Below, piece by piece: positions 20,910 to 31,795 of a stretch of DNA of 64,000 nucleotides. The stretch is taken from NCBI GenBank assembly GCA_963812015.1, contig CAWETI010000002.1:288001-352000 (forward strand). Direction: 5' to 3'. This DNA is from an uncultured delta proteobacterium (lineage in GTDB: Bacteria; Desulfobacterota; Desulfobaccia; Desulfobaccales; 0-14-0-80-60-11). The notes under the pieces are model-generated. The model was not told where the DNA came from. It was given only the letters and a program-made list of their open reading frames with translations, and made no database searches. The position numbers and the translations under genes are program-made. How positions within the stretch are numbered: the first letter of the stretch is position 1; the number at the start of each line of letters is the position of its first letter.

Positions 20910-21694
20910 CTTCGTCTGGGCGCAATTCATTGCGCCCAGACGGGCGTGATAAATCACGCCCCTACAACAAAATTACCTGTTTGACGGCAACTTGGTATAA
21001 GGGAGTCAAAGAAGAAAAGTGGTTTGTTAAGGGAGGGGGCCGATCTCCCAGCTCCCTCCCCTGACTCCTCATGGGTAGTGGGAGATTTCCATCCCCTCAA
21101 CCCTTCATATTTTGAGATGTCCCATAGAAACTACTGGGGCAGTTAACCAGGAACGAAGAAAATCCAGATAACTTGCCTCTATACGCCCTTTCGCTAATTT
21201 TTCCATATCGTTCGTATATAGGAACCCTTGTAAATAACGTTTGGATTGGTAATCCTCCCGAAAAATCGGAAATTTTCCGGGGCAGTCATATTGACTGGGA
21301 GCAGTAGGCATTGAGGAATCGGCACGGGTGCCGCCGTCCTTACCCTGGCCGACCTCGCCCGCTGGGAGCATTTCCAGCAATAACTCCCCCCAACCTTGGA
21401 CTAACCCCTTGGTCGAAGCGTGAACACGCTGTAAAAAGCGTATCACGCTTTTTTAGGGCCTATCTAAGGATGAGGAAGGGCCATAATCCGGCCGGGTCAG
21501 ATGACCCCACGGACGCGGTTGCGACCCCCAAACCAGACGGATTTTTTCTCTAAAATTTTTCCCGTGGGTCTTATAAGGGGGGGGTGCCACCACAGGGGGA
21601 AGCCATCGCAGATGAAAAAATTCTCTACCCTTCCTTAACCATTAACCAGCGATATTTTTGAAAAAATTTGTGTACCAGCCTTTGAATCACAGAG

Positions 21695-21747
21695 GGGGGT
21701 ATGGGACCCGTCCCGGGGTTTGGTTTCCGGGCCGAAAATCTATATGG
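21695..21747 (+). repeat. Direct repeat, copy 1 (second copy ~23140-23182)
   Basis: GGGGGTATGGGACCCGTCCCGGGGTTT..GGGCCGAAAA in both places. Confidence 0.75.
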
Positions 21748-21813
21748 CCTTGACGAAACCCCAGAGCCGGGGCCATCGGGTAGCGCAGGCTATAGGCCAG
21801 GGCACAAAAATGA

Positions 21814-21912
21814 CCGCTGTGATCCACTATTTATACCAAGCCAAAAACTTCCCATATTCAGATCATATCCGCAATTTCCCCTGACTTCGAGATAAGTGTC
21901 GAGTTTGGCAAG
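21814..21912 (-). repeat. Full copy of the ~100-bp recurrent site (inverted)
   Basis: Reverse complement reads CTTGCCA..TTATC..GAAATTGCGGATATGATCTGAATATGGGAAGTTTTTGG..GGATCACAGCGG. Confidence 0.8.
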
Positions 21913-21950
21913 TGATCAGCTATCATCTTTAGCCCGGGAATGGGTAAGTC

Positions 21951-22163
21951 CATATTGATTGTTCAGTCGCCGGCATTGCCCATAACAAGGTGATAATCGT
22001 CGACATGGAGGTGGTGATCACTGGGAGTTTTAATTTTACTCGGTCTGCTGAAGAGAGCAATGCTGAGAATTTATTGATTATCCGGGATAAGGAGCTGGCC
22101 AGGGAATATTTGGAGAATTGGGAGAGGCACAGGGGGCATTCTGAGGGATATATGAGGAGGTAA
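21951..22163 (+). pseudogene. Phospholipase D/Nuc-type endonuclease C-terminal fragment (not in the ORF track)
   Basis: Manual translation IAHNKVIIVDMEVVITGSFNFTRSAEESNAENLLII, i.e. HxKxxxxD..GSxN; in-frame stop just upstream. Confidence 0.75.
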
Positions 22164-22448
22164 GGAAATCAGGGGTTTGCGGGGAAAACTGGTTTTTTGA
22201 TGGATCTTGTGCTAACATGCCGCTTACTAAACAACTTGAGGTTACTTAATTTTAAACATTGTGGGAAGATCATGGATTCAGTAGAACACAACGGTTTCGT
22301 CCAGGAATGGAAAACATTTCTCGCAAACATCGAAGAAGTTGGAAAAAGGAAGCTACGTGGGCGATACGGCAACGCATAGGAGCGTTCTGGAGCATAACAG
22401 CCAACAGTAAGGCCAGGCACCTTCTGCACGTTTAAGGAGGAGCAACAC

Positions 22449-22862
22449 ATGAAAACTCTAAGTATTGCATTGATGGCGACCTTCATGCTGGTGTTGGCGG
22501 CCACGTCCACCGGACAGGCCCAGAGCGCCGCAGACGGCTATAATGATCCAACCCCGGGGGGGAAATATGTCTATAGAGGCTGCAACTTGGAACAAGTGAT
22601 ATTTATTCAGGGAGATAAGTTAAGTGAGATAAATGAGTTAACCCTGATAATTGAAGTTCAAGGTGGTCAAAATAGTCACACTTTACGATTAACATTCCCT
22701 ATATTGGCGAAGCGCCAAGAAGGGAATAAATTAATTCTTGATTACCAATGGCCCCCCTGTGGCGACACCTACGAAGCGACCATCATAGGGGGTACTCTTA
22801 TAAACCGGAAAACTAAAGGCTATCTGGCAGGTATTAGGGAAGAAATGTTTACACGCGAATGA
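22449..22862 (+). CDS. Hypothetical exported protein
   Basis: AAGGAGG RBS and a Sec signal peptide. Confidence 0.7.
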   Translation: MKTLSIALMATFMLVLAATSTGQAQSAADGYNDPTPGGKYVYRGCNLEQVIFIQGDKLSEINELTLIIEVQGGQNSHTLRLTFPILAKRQEGNKLILDYQWPPCGDTYEATIIGGTLINRKTKGYLAGIREEMFTRE

Positions 22863-23139
22863 AACAAATAGCAGGTCATCGGAAATCTTTGGGAGGGAGA
22901 GGTGACATTCTGTTCCGGCAGGACAACTGATCTGCGGATACCTGCTATATCTCCGCACCTCTCCTACCGGCATTTGGCTTGCTGATATGCTTACCATATT
23001 GACCTCTGACCAAACCTCGCCCCAGTAACCCCTCAGTCGAAGCGTTACCACTCCGCAGTTGGGCCGGGTCCCATCTGGGGGGTGCGCCTCCGGACCGAAA
23101 AAATGAAAAAATTTCCGCACGGAGCATATAAGGACAGGG

Positions 23140-23182
23140 GGGGGTATGGGACCCGTCCCGGGGTTTACCTTTGGGGCCGAAA
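23140..23182 (+). repeat. Direct repeat, copy 2
   Basis: Matches 21695-21747. Confidence 0.75.
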
Positions 23183-23494
23183 AACTGGTGGGCCTGGGGT
23201 GGGGTGGAGGGGGCCGCAGGTTGCCCAGCAGGTCGCCGTGAGCGCAGGTCGGGCAGCGTGGCCAGGCCAAGAGGTAGGCGCACAGGCTCTCCAGCCAGGA
23301 CCAAGCCAGGAGAGCGACACAGACAGCCCCCCACCTTGAACATCCCTATCACTCCCCCATAAGCCTTTGGCCGGCCTCCTCCCCTCTCAAGCGAAGGCAT
23401 ATCTTGGGGTGGTATGTGGGGAATAGTGTGGGGAATGAATTTATAGGTAAAAGAAAAGGGGCCAGCTTTTTGAGCTAACCCCTTGATTTCATTA

Positions 23495-23539
23495 TGGTGG
23501 GCGATGGGCGACTCGAACGCCCGGCCTTTGGTTCCGGAG
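23495..23539 (-). repeat. att site: 45-bp duplicate of the tRNA-Arg(CCG) 3' end
   Basis: Identical to 46810-46854. Confidence 0.95.
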
Positions 23540-23842
23540 TGCAAATCAGGCCGATTTTGTACCATGATAGGTGATTTAATTTCACGTCATACACAATAAT
23601 CTATCATTAGTCATTTCAGTCTGTTACTCAATTTCAAAAGGCTATCTCGGGTAATCCTGAGATAGCCTTTCTTGCCTCAAATTATTTGGTGAATATTCAC
23701 CTATATATTCACCTGTTTTCTGCGCTATAATCTATAGGAGTTCTAATTTTTGCGACTCCCTTAACCCCGACTGATCACTGATAGGGGCAGGGGGACTCAT
23801 TACTGTCTTTGAAAGGTGTTATGTAACTAGGGGAGATGGCAG

Positions 23843-24778
23843 ATGAAGGATAAACCTGTTTCATCTGGTAATGACCACACTCCTATCTGTCAGCTTAAAG
23901 AATTAATTGCCTTCTTGGAAGACCCGGACAAATTTCCTTATCCTCGTAAATGTTTTAGGTTTCCAGGTCCATTAACCTTAAACCATGTTTTCTTTATCAA
24001 CATTTATCAACATGTTCATTATGTCCCTTCCCAAACTTTAGAGCAAATTCGGCATGATGCTATACGAATTCTTAAATCAGGAATCTTTACTTCAGATGGG
24101 GCGCTAAAAGGGGCAAGACTGTCAGGTCATTATCGTTTATACCAAGTAGAAAATATAGGTGAATTGGCATTAATGGTGGCCATGTCAATAAAAAAAGTTA
24201 AACAACTTGATCTCATAGATGATATTTTTGAGTTTCCAGATACAGATTACCATACTGAAGAGTCAGAAGAACTTTTTTCATACTTAAAACGTAGTAAACT
24301 TGCTAACCCCCAACGAATAGCAAGGATTCAAAAAGAAAATATACAATTAATAAGAGCGATTAAGAAAGCTGGTAAAAATATAGACAATGAAGATAAACCA
24401 GTTGAAGGTGGTGAGGTTCTTTTATTATTTGCCAATGTCCTTAATTCATTAGATGCATATTCTATGTGGTTTCCAGATAAATTCGCTTCACTCAACGACA
24501 AAATCAAAAAAATTATGACTAAGATTGTTAGATTAAGACATGATGTGTTTAATCAATTTAGACAATTGAATGATGAGCCTTTTTATCCAGGGATTTATCT
24601 AATCCCACATGAATTTAAGAGGCAAATCCCATCAGCAGTAGACAATATTATAGCCAAGAGGGTTATTGATTTACTAACATCACTAGGAATAGACCATGGA
24701 TTAACCAATGAATCTATTAGATATGAGTTGAGAAAACATTCATTACGAGTAACGTTGCATGCAATGGAACAATCTTGA
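23843..24778 (+). CDS. AT-rich hypothetical protein
   Basis: 311-codon ORF with a GGGGAG RBS; no recognised motif. Confidence 0.65.
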   Translation: MKDKPVSSGNDHTPICQLKELIAFLEDPDKFPYPRKCFRFPGPLTLNHVFFINIYQHVHYVPSQTLEQIRHDAIRILKSGIFTSDGALKGARLSGHYRLYQVENIGELALMVAMSIKKVKQLDLIDDIFEFPDTDYHTEESEELFSYLKRSKLANPQRIARIQKENIQLIRAIKKAGKNIDNEDKPVEGGEVLLLFANVLNSLDAYSMWFPDKFASLNDKIKKIMTKIVRLRHDVFNQFRQLNDEPFYPGIYLIPHEFKRQIPSAVDNIIAKRVIDLLTSLGIDHGLTNESIRYELRKHSLRVTLHAMEQS

Positions 24779-25073
24779 AATTGACGAATTAAAATCCATT
24801 CTTTCTATGTTTTCAATCATTCCCTCTCAAAAACTGCAAAACATCGCGTTAAAAATCTGACATTTTAGATTAGTTTCTCCCAATTCAGCGTTTTGTCCTT
24901 ATTTCATGGGGATATTATCCTGAGTTGGGAAAATTTAGTATAATTTTATAGTTTTTTAAACTAAACAACACCATAAAAAGATACTTCTAATGACCAACTA
25001 CTACTTGACAATACATAGATAATCGCCGTATAAAAGAGAAAAAACCTGATAAGATGATTCAAGAGGAGAGCTT

Positions 25074-25265
25074 ATGGAAAAACTCTTAAGTGTTAATGAT
25101 GCAGCACAACGTCTTGGCATTTCCCGGCATACGTTAAACTGCTGGGTAAGCAAACGTAAAGTGCCATTTATCAAATTAGGCAGGCGGACCTTATTTAATC
25201 CGGCTGATTTGGAAAGGATGATCAAGGCGGCCACCGTAGAACCCCGGCGGCGAGAGATTGAATAA
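25074..25265 (+). CDS. Excisionase-like HTH DNA-binding protein
   Basis: LLSVNDAAQRLGISRHTL..VPFIKLGRRTLF; promoter TTGACA-18-TATAAA at 25005-25034. Confidence 0.85.
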   Translation: MEKLLSVNDAAQRLGISRHTLNCWVSKRKVPFIKLGRRTLFNPADLERMIKAATVEPRRREIE

Positions 25266-27001
25266 TGTCAAGGGCAGATAACCCCCATACGGAAATTCAA
25301 GAACAGCTCAAAAATTTGACCCTTGAGACCCCGCAGGATCAGTTAAGGGATACCTTGCAAAGCCTAATTCCATTAATGGCTCGTTTGAATGAGGTTGGAT
25401 TTGAAAACTTATGGGCTAACCTCAATGCACGGTTGAAGTTAAAGGGGCCATTTTTTACCGCTGTGCGGCGAAAAATCAAAGAGACCAGGAAAGAACTGAA
25501 AAAGTGCGCGACTGTTCCAGGGGGAGGCCCCGGCTTATCACCGGAAGAAGAATTGAAGGCCCTGAAGCCCCTGGCCAAGCCTCTAAGTCAATGCCCTGAC
25601 ATTCTGGGGGAGGTGGTGAGGGCGCTGAACCATTTGGGCTTGGCAGGCCAGGAACGAGAAGCCAAGATTATATGCTTGGCTCTGACTTCCCGGATATTTG
25701 ATCGCCCGGTAAGTGTGGCTGTCAAAGGGCCTTCCAGCAGCGGCAAATCCTTCCTGGTGGAGCAGAGCCTAAAGCTATTGCCTGATAGTGCCTACTATGC
25801 CCTTTCCGCCATGTCTGAAAGAGCCTTGGCCTACTCCCACGAACCCATGTCTCATCGTCACCTGGTGATTTATGAGGCTGCAGGTATGGGGAGCGAATTT
25901 GCTCAATACCTTATGCGGTCTCTCCTGTCGGAAGGGCGGATAAGATATGAAACGGTTGAGAAGACCAGCGAGGGGATAAAGTCCCGTCTAATCGAGCGGG
26001 AAGGCCCCACAGGTTTGATTGTCACTACCACCAGGGCGGGGCTGCATCCGGAAAACGAGACGCGGATTCTTAGTTTGGAGGTGGATGATTCACCAGACCA
26101 AACCATGGCGGTGATCCTGGCCCATGCCAAAGGGGAAGGACAAAAATCGGTTAATTTAGCTTCTTTTCAGGCCATGCAGAGGATTCTGGAGCTAGAACGG
26201 CCCCAGGTAGTGATTCCATATGCTGAACCCCTGGCTAAGGGATGTAACCCTGCGGCGGTGAGGCTTAGACGTGATTTCCCTATGGTGCTATGTCTGGTCA
26301 AGGCCCATGCTGTCCTGCATTTTCACCATAGGCAAAGGGATGAACAAGGGCGGGTAATTGCCATCCATGAAGATTATCAGGCGGTTTATGACTTAGTTGC
26401 GGACTTGGTGGCCTGCGGCACAGGACAGAAAGTAACCGAAAAAATACGGGAAACGGTTGGGGCAGTGGAGGCTCTGGTCGGGGGACATCAGGATCACCCT
26501 GGGGTCACTATCCAGGGAATCGCTAATTCTTTAAAGGTCCATAGAACCACAGCGTACCGGAGGGTTCAGAAAACCCTGTATGCCGGATATTTGGAGAATA
26601 GAGCAAAGGCTCCAGTATATAAACTGGTGCTGGGTGACCCATTGCCGGACAACCAGACAGTTTTACCACCGCCCGATACAATTAATAGTAATTCATATCC
26701 CCCGAAAACCGGTGCAACCTTGCAACACCACAACAAATTATTAAATAAATCAGTAGGTTATGAGTTGCAACCCTCCTTGCAACCTCCTTGCAACCTGCAA
26801 CCAGGTTCGCCAGGATTGCACGGTTGCACTTCGGAAATACACCCCGCAACGATAAATGCAACCAATAACAATTTGAATTTACTTGAAAAAAAGGTAACAG
26901 TTGCAGAGTTGCACGAAAATCAGGGGAGTACGGGTGAAGTAAAAATTTCACGCCAACATCTATCGGCCTTGCTTAAAGAACGTGAGGAGGTCGAGTTATG
27001 A
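25265..27001 (+). CDS. P-loop NTPase, putative replication helicase of the element
   Basis: Walker A GPSSSGKS, C-terminal HTH, and TTGCA/TGCAAC repeats at the 3' end. Confidence 0.7.
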   Translation: MSRADNPHTEIQEQLKNLTLETPQDQLRDTLQSLIPLMARLNEVGFENLWANLNARLKLKGPFFTAVRRKIKETRKELKKCATVPGGGPGLSPEEELKALKPLAKPLSQCPDILGEVVRALNHLGLAGQEREAKIICLALTSRIFDRPVSVAVKGPSSSGKSFLVEQSLKLLPDSAYYALSAMSERALAYSHEPMSHRHLVIYEAAGMGSEFAQYLMRSLLSEGRIRYETVEKTSEGIKSRLIEREGPTGLIVTTTRAGLHPENETRILSLEVDDSPDQTMAVILAHAKGEGQKSVNLASFQAMQRILELERPQVVIPYAEPLAKGCNPAAVRLRRDFPMVLCLVKAHAVLHFHHRQRDEQGRVIAIHEDYQAVYDLVADLVACGTGQKVTEKIRETVGAVEALVGGHQDHPGVTIQGIANSLKVHRTTAYRRVQKTLYAGYLENRAKAPVYKLVLGDPLPDNQTVLPPPDTINSNSYPPKTGATLQHHNKLLNKSVGYELQPSLQPPCNLQPGSPGLHGCTSEIHPATINATNNNLNLLEKKVTVAELHENQGSTGEVKISRQHLSALLKEREEVEL

Positions 27002-27324
27002 GGCCCGATGAGGCCATTAAAGAATTGACCCGCATTGGCTTCCGCTTTCGCCTGGATGGTGAGGTATTGAAGGTACGTTATAAGGGAACGGACACGCCGG
27101 ACCCGGCCAAGGTACTGCCCCTCCTGGAACTAGTGAGAGAGCACAAGTTAGAAGTGCTGGCTTACCTGAACAAATCGGCCATGCCTGAGCGGGTTCTAAC
27201 TTGTGCCGAATGCGGGTTTCATAAATATAGAGGGCCGAACCCCAGCCAGGGGTGGGGGCATTGCTCATTTAAGGACAAGGGATGTTATGGCCTACGCCAA
27301 GCCTGCGAGGACGTAAGGGCATGA
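26998..27324 (+). CDS. Hypothetical protein with a Cys cluster
   Basis: ATGA overlap with the previous gene; CAEC..HC..C..C. Confidence 0.7.
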   Translation: MRPDEAIKELTRIGFRFRLDGEVLKVRYKGTDTPDPAKVLPLLELVREHKLEVLAYLNKSAMPERVLTCAECGFHKYRGPNPSQGWGHCSFKDKGCYGLRQACEDVRA

Positions 27325-27624
27325 TGCGAGGTTTTATTGGCAGCCGAAAGCGAGCGCTATCTCGGCGGTTAAGGCGCAAGAGGTTAATTGACCTACTACA
27401 TATAACTACACCCTGGCAATTTGAAAAAAACAGGAGAAAAGCAAAAGCGGCATGCGATTCTTTGGCCTGATAAACAGATAGAAACCAGTGGAATGTTAAT
27501 AAATGTTAACCTGATAAGCAGCCAAAAACAGCGTTGCCGATTTGCATATTTTAGCCCTTTAATAAGCCCCTCCCTGCAAATATAGGAGAAATGCAATAAA
27601 TCGGGGGCCAAGATAGGCGTATCC

Positions 27625-27882
27625 ATGACCTGCGGCACCAAAGAAGGGGAAATTCACCTTTATACCCCGCTTAAAAGCATCCGGCGAAAATGCCTGGACT
27701 GCTGCTGCGGCAGTTCCAAAGAGGTGAAACTGTGCCCCGTGGAAACCTGTTCACTATATCCTTACCGATTTGGAAAATCGCCCCGGAGAAAAGGGACCAG
27801 ACCCAAGGGTGAAATTCCCCCCGGATTGCAAAAATTCCACGTCCCTAGACGAGCGGAAATTTCGGAAACCGGGAATGAATAG
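27625..27882 (+). CDS. Small Cys-rich phage-type hypothetical protein
   Basis: TPLKSIRRKCLDCC..EVKLCPVETCSLYPYRFGK. Confidence 0.6.
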   Translation: MTCGTKEGEIHLYTPLKSIRRKCLDCCCGSSKEVKLCPVETCSLYPYRFGKSPRRKGTRPKGEIPPGLQKFHVPRRAEISETGNE

Positions 27883-27946
27883 TTTACCCCAAGGGATGAA
27901 GTTTCATGCTTTATTGCACCATACTTGAGGACTCGGAGGACCCATA

Positions 27947-28525
27947 ATGTCTCGGATAACCCCAAAACAGTTAGAGGCTAACCGACAAAACGCCTTAAAA
28001 AGCACCGGCCCCAAGACCCCGGAAGGTAAGTCACTGGTGGCCCTGAATCCTATAAAACATGGGCTTTTATCAAAAGAGGTTTTGCTCGCCCATGAAGATG
28101 AAAATTCCCTTGTGGAGTTAGGCAAACGGCTGAGGCACCAATTAGCCCCCGTGGGGGAACTGGAACTTATGTTAGTTGACCGGGTAATTTCAGCGGCTTG
28201 GCGTCTTAGAAGAATACTGAGAATTGAAACGGAGATGATGGACCATAAGCTATCGGATAAGGAGAAATCCCGCATTTCCTATGGCCGGAAGATAAAGCAA
28301 GATCCCGTCACCTTGTGGGAAGCCCTGGAAAGTGATTTTCAATATCGTGATTCGCTATTCAAGTTTATGAGGTATGAAATCCACATAGAACGGGGGCTAT
28401 ACAAGGCCCTGCATGAACTACAAAGACTCCAGGCGGCCCGGAGTGGGGAAGGTGTGCCGGCCACCGTGATGGTGGACGTGGATATATCCGGCCAGGAAAT
28501 GGGTTTGCTTGGCGAAAAAGGCTGA
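27947..28525 (+). CDS. Hypothetical mobile-element protein
   Basis: QLEANRQNALKSTGPKTPEGK..KHGL motif; GGAGG RBS. Confidence 0.7.
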   Translation: MSRITPKQLEANRQNALKSTGPKTPEGKSLVALNPIKHGLLSKEVLLAHEDENSLVELGKRLRHQLAPVGELELMLVDRVISAAWRLRRILRIETEMMDHKLSDKEKSRISYGRKIKQDPVTLWEALESDFQYRDSLFKFMRYEIHIERGLYKALHELQRLQAARSGEGVPATVMVDVDISGQEMGLLGEKG

Positions 28526-28722
28526 AAAGTAGTGAAAAATGCTTGCAAAAACAGGTAAAAATAGGCGCAAAAATGACGAATTTTCTCTGAAAACAGTGAA
28601 AAGTAGCATGAAAATGCCTAAAAATGCAGTTTTTAACGATTATTAAAATAGCACATAAGTAACCATGATTATTGAGATTATAGACGAAAAGCGGGCAATA
28701 AATCCCTAATGATTTAGGAAGA

Positions 28723-29313
28723 ATGAGGGCTAAACACATGGGCGGCCCCGGAAGCGGTGGCGGGTATAGGGGGAATAAAAAGGACACGGTTGAAGGACAC
28801 AAGCGGATTGATGTGCGCTATCTTGTTAAGCACGGCCTTTTAAATCCCGGCTATCATTCAATAGGATGGTCATGCGGGGGTGAATCTAGGGGAAGCATCC
28901 ATTTTCAGGTGGAAGATTACGGGATAACCTTAATTTATCAGTATAGGCGGGGCGGGCAAGACTGGGAAGATGTAAGGCAAAGGGTGACTGTGGAGTGGAC
29001 ACCCTGCAATTTTGGGGGGCGGCGGCCCTGGTTTATTTGCGGGAATTGTGGCCGGCGCGTGGCGGTGATCTATGCGGGTGGCAAATACTTTGCTTGCAGG
29101 CATTGCTATGATCTGACCTATACAAGTTGCCAGGAATCGGACAGCCGGTTTAGCAGGCTTTTACGGAATTACGATTTTGGGGGTGGGGTGGAGAATATGC
29201 CCATGTGGTCATTGAAGGGAGCCTTAAGCAGGATGTGGAAAGAAGAGGAACGGCTTGAAAAGCAGATGAAAAGGAAACGCCGGGGGCGACCACCAAAGAG
29301 CAGATATGGATAG
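28723..29313 (+). CDS. Zn-ribbon hypothetical protein
   Basis: GGRRPWFICGNCGRR..FACRHCYDLTY. Confidence 0.7.
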   Translation: MRAKHMGGPGSGGGYRGNKKDTVEGHKRIDVRYLVKHGLLNPGYHSIGWSCGGESRGSIHFQVEDYGITLIYQYRRGGQDWEDVRQRVTVEWTPCNFGGRRPWFICGNCGRRVAVIYAGGKYFACRHCYDLTYTSCQESDSRFSRLLRNYDFGGGVENMPMWSLKGALSRMWKEEERLEKQMKRKRRGRPPKSRYG

Positions 29314-29394
29314 AATATCAGCAAGGCAGAGGTTGGGGGGAAGAGTGCGGAGATATAGCAGATATCCGAAGTTCTGCTATATTGCTTGGCCACC

Positions 29395-29526
29395 CACCCG
29401 AGCTATACCGACTATCTCAAGACTCAGATGATCTGCTCCGGCGTGTAACGCTTCCTACTCATCTACCTCCCCGCTTCGTTCCACTACTCACCATAACTTG
29501 TAAATCAGTTTTTGGGGGGCAGGTCA
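29395..29526 (-). mobile_element. IS3-family left-end remnant
   Basis: TGACCTGCCCCCC end, GGAGG RBS, degenerate orfA MSRKRYTPEQII*VLR*. Confidence 0.75.
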
Positions 29527-29563
29527 GAGTCTCCTACGCAGCCTTCGAGAACTAACCCCTTAT

Positions 29564-30814
29564 TTAAGGAGATCCTTTAATGCCCATCTTTATTTTGGAG
29601 AAATTGATCCTTCGTGATTGTAAATCTTCATTGAAATTAAAGCCTTTCTCCCTAAATAATGTCAAACATGTGTTTACTACTTCGGAGTCATAAAGAATGC
29701 CCTTCTGTTCATAAATTTCGTCCAGAGCCTTATCGATGCTTTGGGGCGGACCATACGGCCGGTCGCAAATCATGGCTTCCAACACGTCAGCCACCCCCAA
29801 GATCTTGGCTTCCGGGATAATATCCGCCGCAGTCAGGCCGGCGGGATAACCCGAACCATCCAATCTCTCATGATGTTGCAAAATGGTCTGCTGCACAAGC
29901 CAGGGGAAATCGATATTCTCCAAGAGCTCAAATCCCACCTGGCAATGAGATCTGATAAACTCACCTTCCAAGTTACTGAGCACTCCCGGCTTGCTCAGGA
30001 TTTCTGTAGGTACGGCGATCTTGCCGATATCGTGAAGCAAAGCGGCAATCTTAATTCCTTCCAGCTGGTTAAGGGAAAAACCCATCTCTCGGGCTATAGC
30101 GACCGCCAGCTGCGCCACCCGCTTCTGGTGCCCCGCGGTTTGCAGGTATTTCATCTCCACCGCATAGGCAAAGGCTTCGGCTAAACTGTATAGGCAGCTT
30201 CTTAGCCGGCTGGGCATCGACTTCAGGTTCTCTTCTTCTGCCGTGCGCTCTCGGGCCTCCCGTAGCAACCACAGCAGCCTCACCGGCTCATCATGTTGGT
30301 CCGTTTGAGCTCTAACATTGGCGAACAGCGAGAATGGGGCGTCATCCCCAGGTTGGAATTGCAATTCCCAGTTCCGTTTCTCTCCTCCCGTCTGTACTTC
30401 GGTCAGGCTGGCCCGGAAGGCCGGGCGATCTGGTCCCGAAATCAAAAGGGCCAAGGGCGTATTTTTCAGGATATTCTGGCTCATCCTCAGCATGGCTGCG
30501 GCGGCCTGGTTGCTCTCCTGAATAATAGTTTGGGGATCAGTTACCAGATAAGCATCGGAAGCAAAATCGAAGAAGTCCCGACAACGCCGGTATTCGACAT
30601 CCGGAGCTCTTGACGCGGGCGATAGATTGGCCTCTGCCTGGATATCAGCCTCTCCCACTGCGGCTTGGAGAGTTTGCAACAATTGTGAGATGTCGTGCAT
30701 CAATTTGTTGAGGAGAGGTGCCAACTGCATGAAAAAACCGGCTTCGGGTGCCGCCTTAGTTTCGGACATCATGTCGGATCCTGCACAACCATCAATGGTG
30801 AGAGAGTGATACAA
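29564..30814 (-). CDS. PAS + HD-GYP c-di-GMP phosphodiesterase
   Basis: LLHDIGK and HHERLDGSGYP; start codon uncertain. Confidence 0.9.
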   Translation of the reverse strand: MYHSLTIDGCAGSDMMSETKAAPEAGFFMQLAPLLNKLMHDISQLLQTLQAAVGEADIQAEANLSPASRAPDVEYRRCRDFFDFASDAYLVTDPQTIIQESNQAAAAMLRMSQNILKNTPLALLISGPDRPAFRASLTEVQTGGEKRNWELQFQPGDDAPFSLFANVRAQTDQHDEPVRLLWLLREARERTAEEENLKSMPSRLRSCLYSLAEAFAYAVEMKYLQTAGHQKRVAQLAVAIAREMGFSLNQLEGIKIAALLHDIGKIAVPTEILSKPGVLSNLEGEFIRSHCQVGFELLENIDFPWLVQQTILQHHERLDGSGYPAGLTAADIIPEAKILGVADVLEAMICDRPYGPPQSIDKALDEIYEQKGILYDSEVVNTCLTLFREKGFNFNEDLQSRRINFSKIKMGIKGSP

Positions 30815-30988
30815 GACATACTGTTTTTCTCCGCTGCTTAAAGAAATTTAGGGGTTGAAGGGGTGTATCTTGATCCCTCCCGAATTGCGGATTAATCTCC
30901 CGTATCTCACATAGTTGTGCTTATTTCAGTCAATTATTACGGCATAATCCAGGCTTGAAGGGTTCTAATCGGAGCAGTTTGCTATAAT

Positions 30989-31795
30989 TTAGTTATGGGT
31001 CGCTTTGGTGCTGAAGTCTTGCCCACCTATATGACGTAACTTTCGCACTATCTCCTCAGTCTTCTCAGGCTTGTCTTCCCGGATAATAAACTGATTCTTT
31101 CCCAACTTTTTGACCTCATATAACGCCTGGTCTACCCTTTTGATAAAGCTGTCGATGGTGTCTCCTGGTTGATACGCGGACACACCGAAACTGGCAGTTA
31201 CCCTGATAATGGAGTCAGGGAAGGTTATCTCCTCCAAACGATGCAGGAGACGCTCACCGAAAACGGTTGCTTCCTTTCCGCTGGTGCCTGGGAGCATCAT
31301 AATAAATTCATCTCCGCCCCAGCGCGCGATCAAGTCCTCCTGCCGGCTGTTTTCCATCAAGAGAGTGGCAACAGCCTGGAGCACTTGGTCCCCCGCATTA
31401 TGACCAAAAGTATCGTTGACGGACTTAAAGCCGTCTAAGTCGGCCATGATGATGCAAACGGGAGCCTGGTGCCTCTGGGCAAAGGAGATGGCGTGCTCCA
31501 GGCTCTCCAGGAAGATGCGCCGGTTGGCGATGCCAGTCAACGGATCAGTGCACATCAAAGCAATGATGCGGTTATGAACTCCCCGCAGGCGGTTGAAACA
31601 AAAAATAATTCCTCCAAGGCCCAGAAGCCACAAGAGACCATGCCCGCACCAGAGGTCCAATGCAGTCTCCGGCCGCTGCTGTGCCAGGTTCCACCAAAGA
31701 GATAACGCCACCACAGCGGTCCACATGGCCAGGAGCGCCCAGGCATAGCAATTGAGGCGGGAGACCTCCCTACAGCGGGCAATGTGCTGATCCAT
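30989..31795 (-). CDS. Membrane GGDEF diguanylate cyclase
   Basis: Two TM segments, DPLTG, FKSVNDTFGH, RQED I-site and RWGGDEF. Confidence 0.92.
   Translation of the reverse strand: MDQHIARCREVSRLNCYAWALLAMWTAVVALSLWWNLAQQRPETALDLWCGHGLLWLLGLGGIIFCFNRLRGVHNRIIALMCTDPLTGIANRRIFLESLEHAISFAQRHQAPVCIIMADLDGFKSVNDTFGHNAGDQVLQAVATLLMENSRQEDLIARWGGDEFIMMLPGTSGKEATVFGERLLHRLEEITFPDSIIRVTASFGVSAYQPGDTIDSFIKRVDQALYEVKKLGKNQFIIREDKPEKTEEIVRKLRHIGGQDFSTKATHN

Noticed and set aside
23495..23560. Second tRNA-Arg gene
   Set aside because: Only the 3' 45 bp are present and the 5' half is missing; it is an att duplicate.
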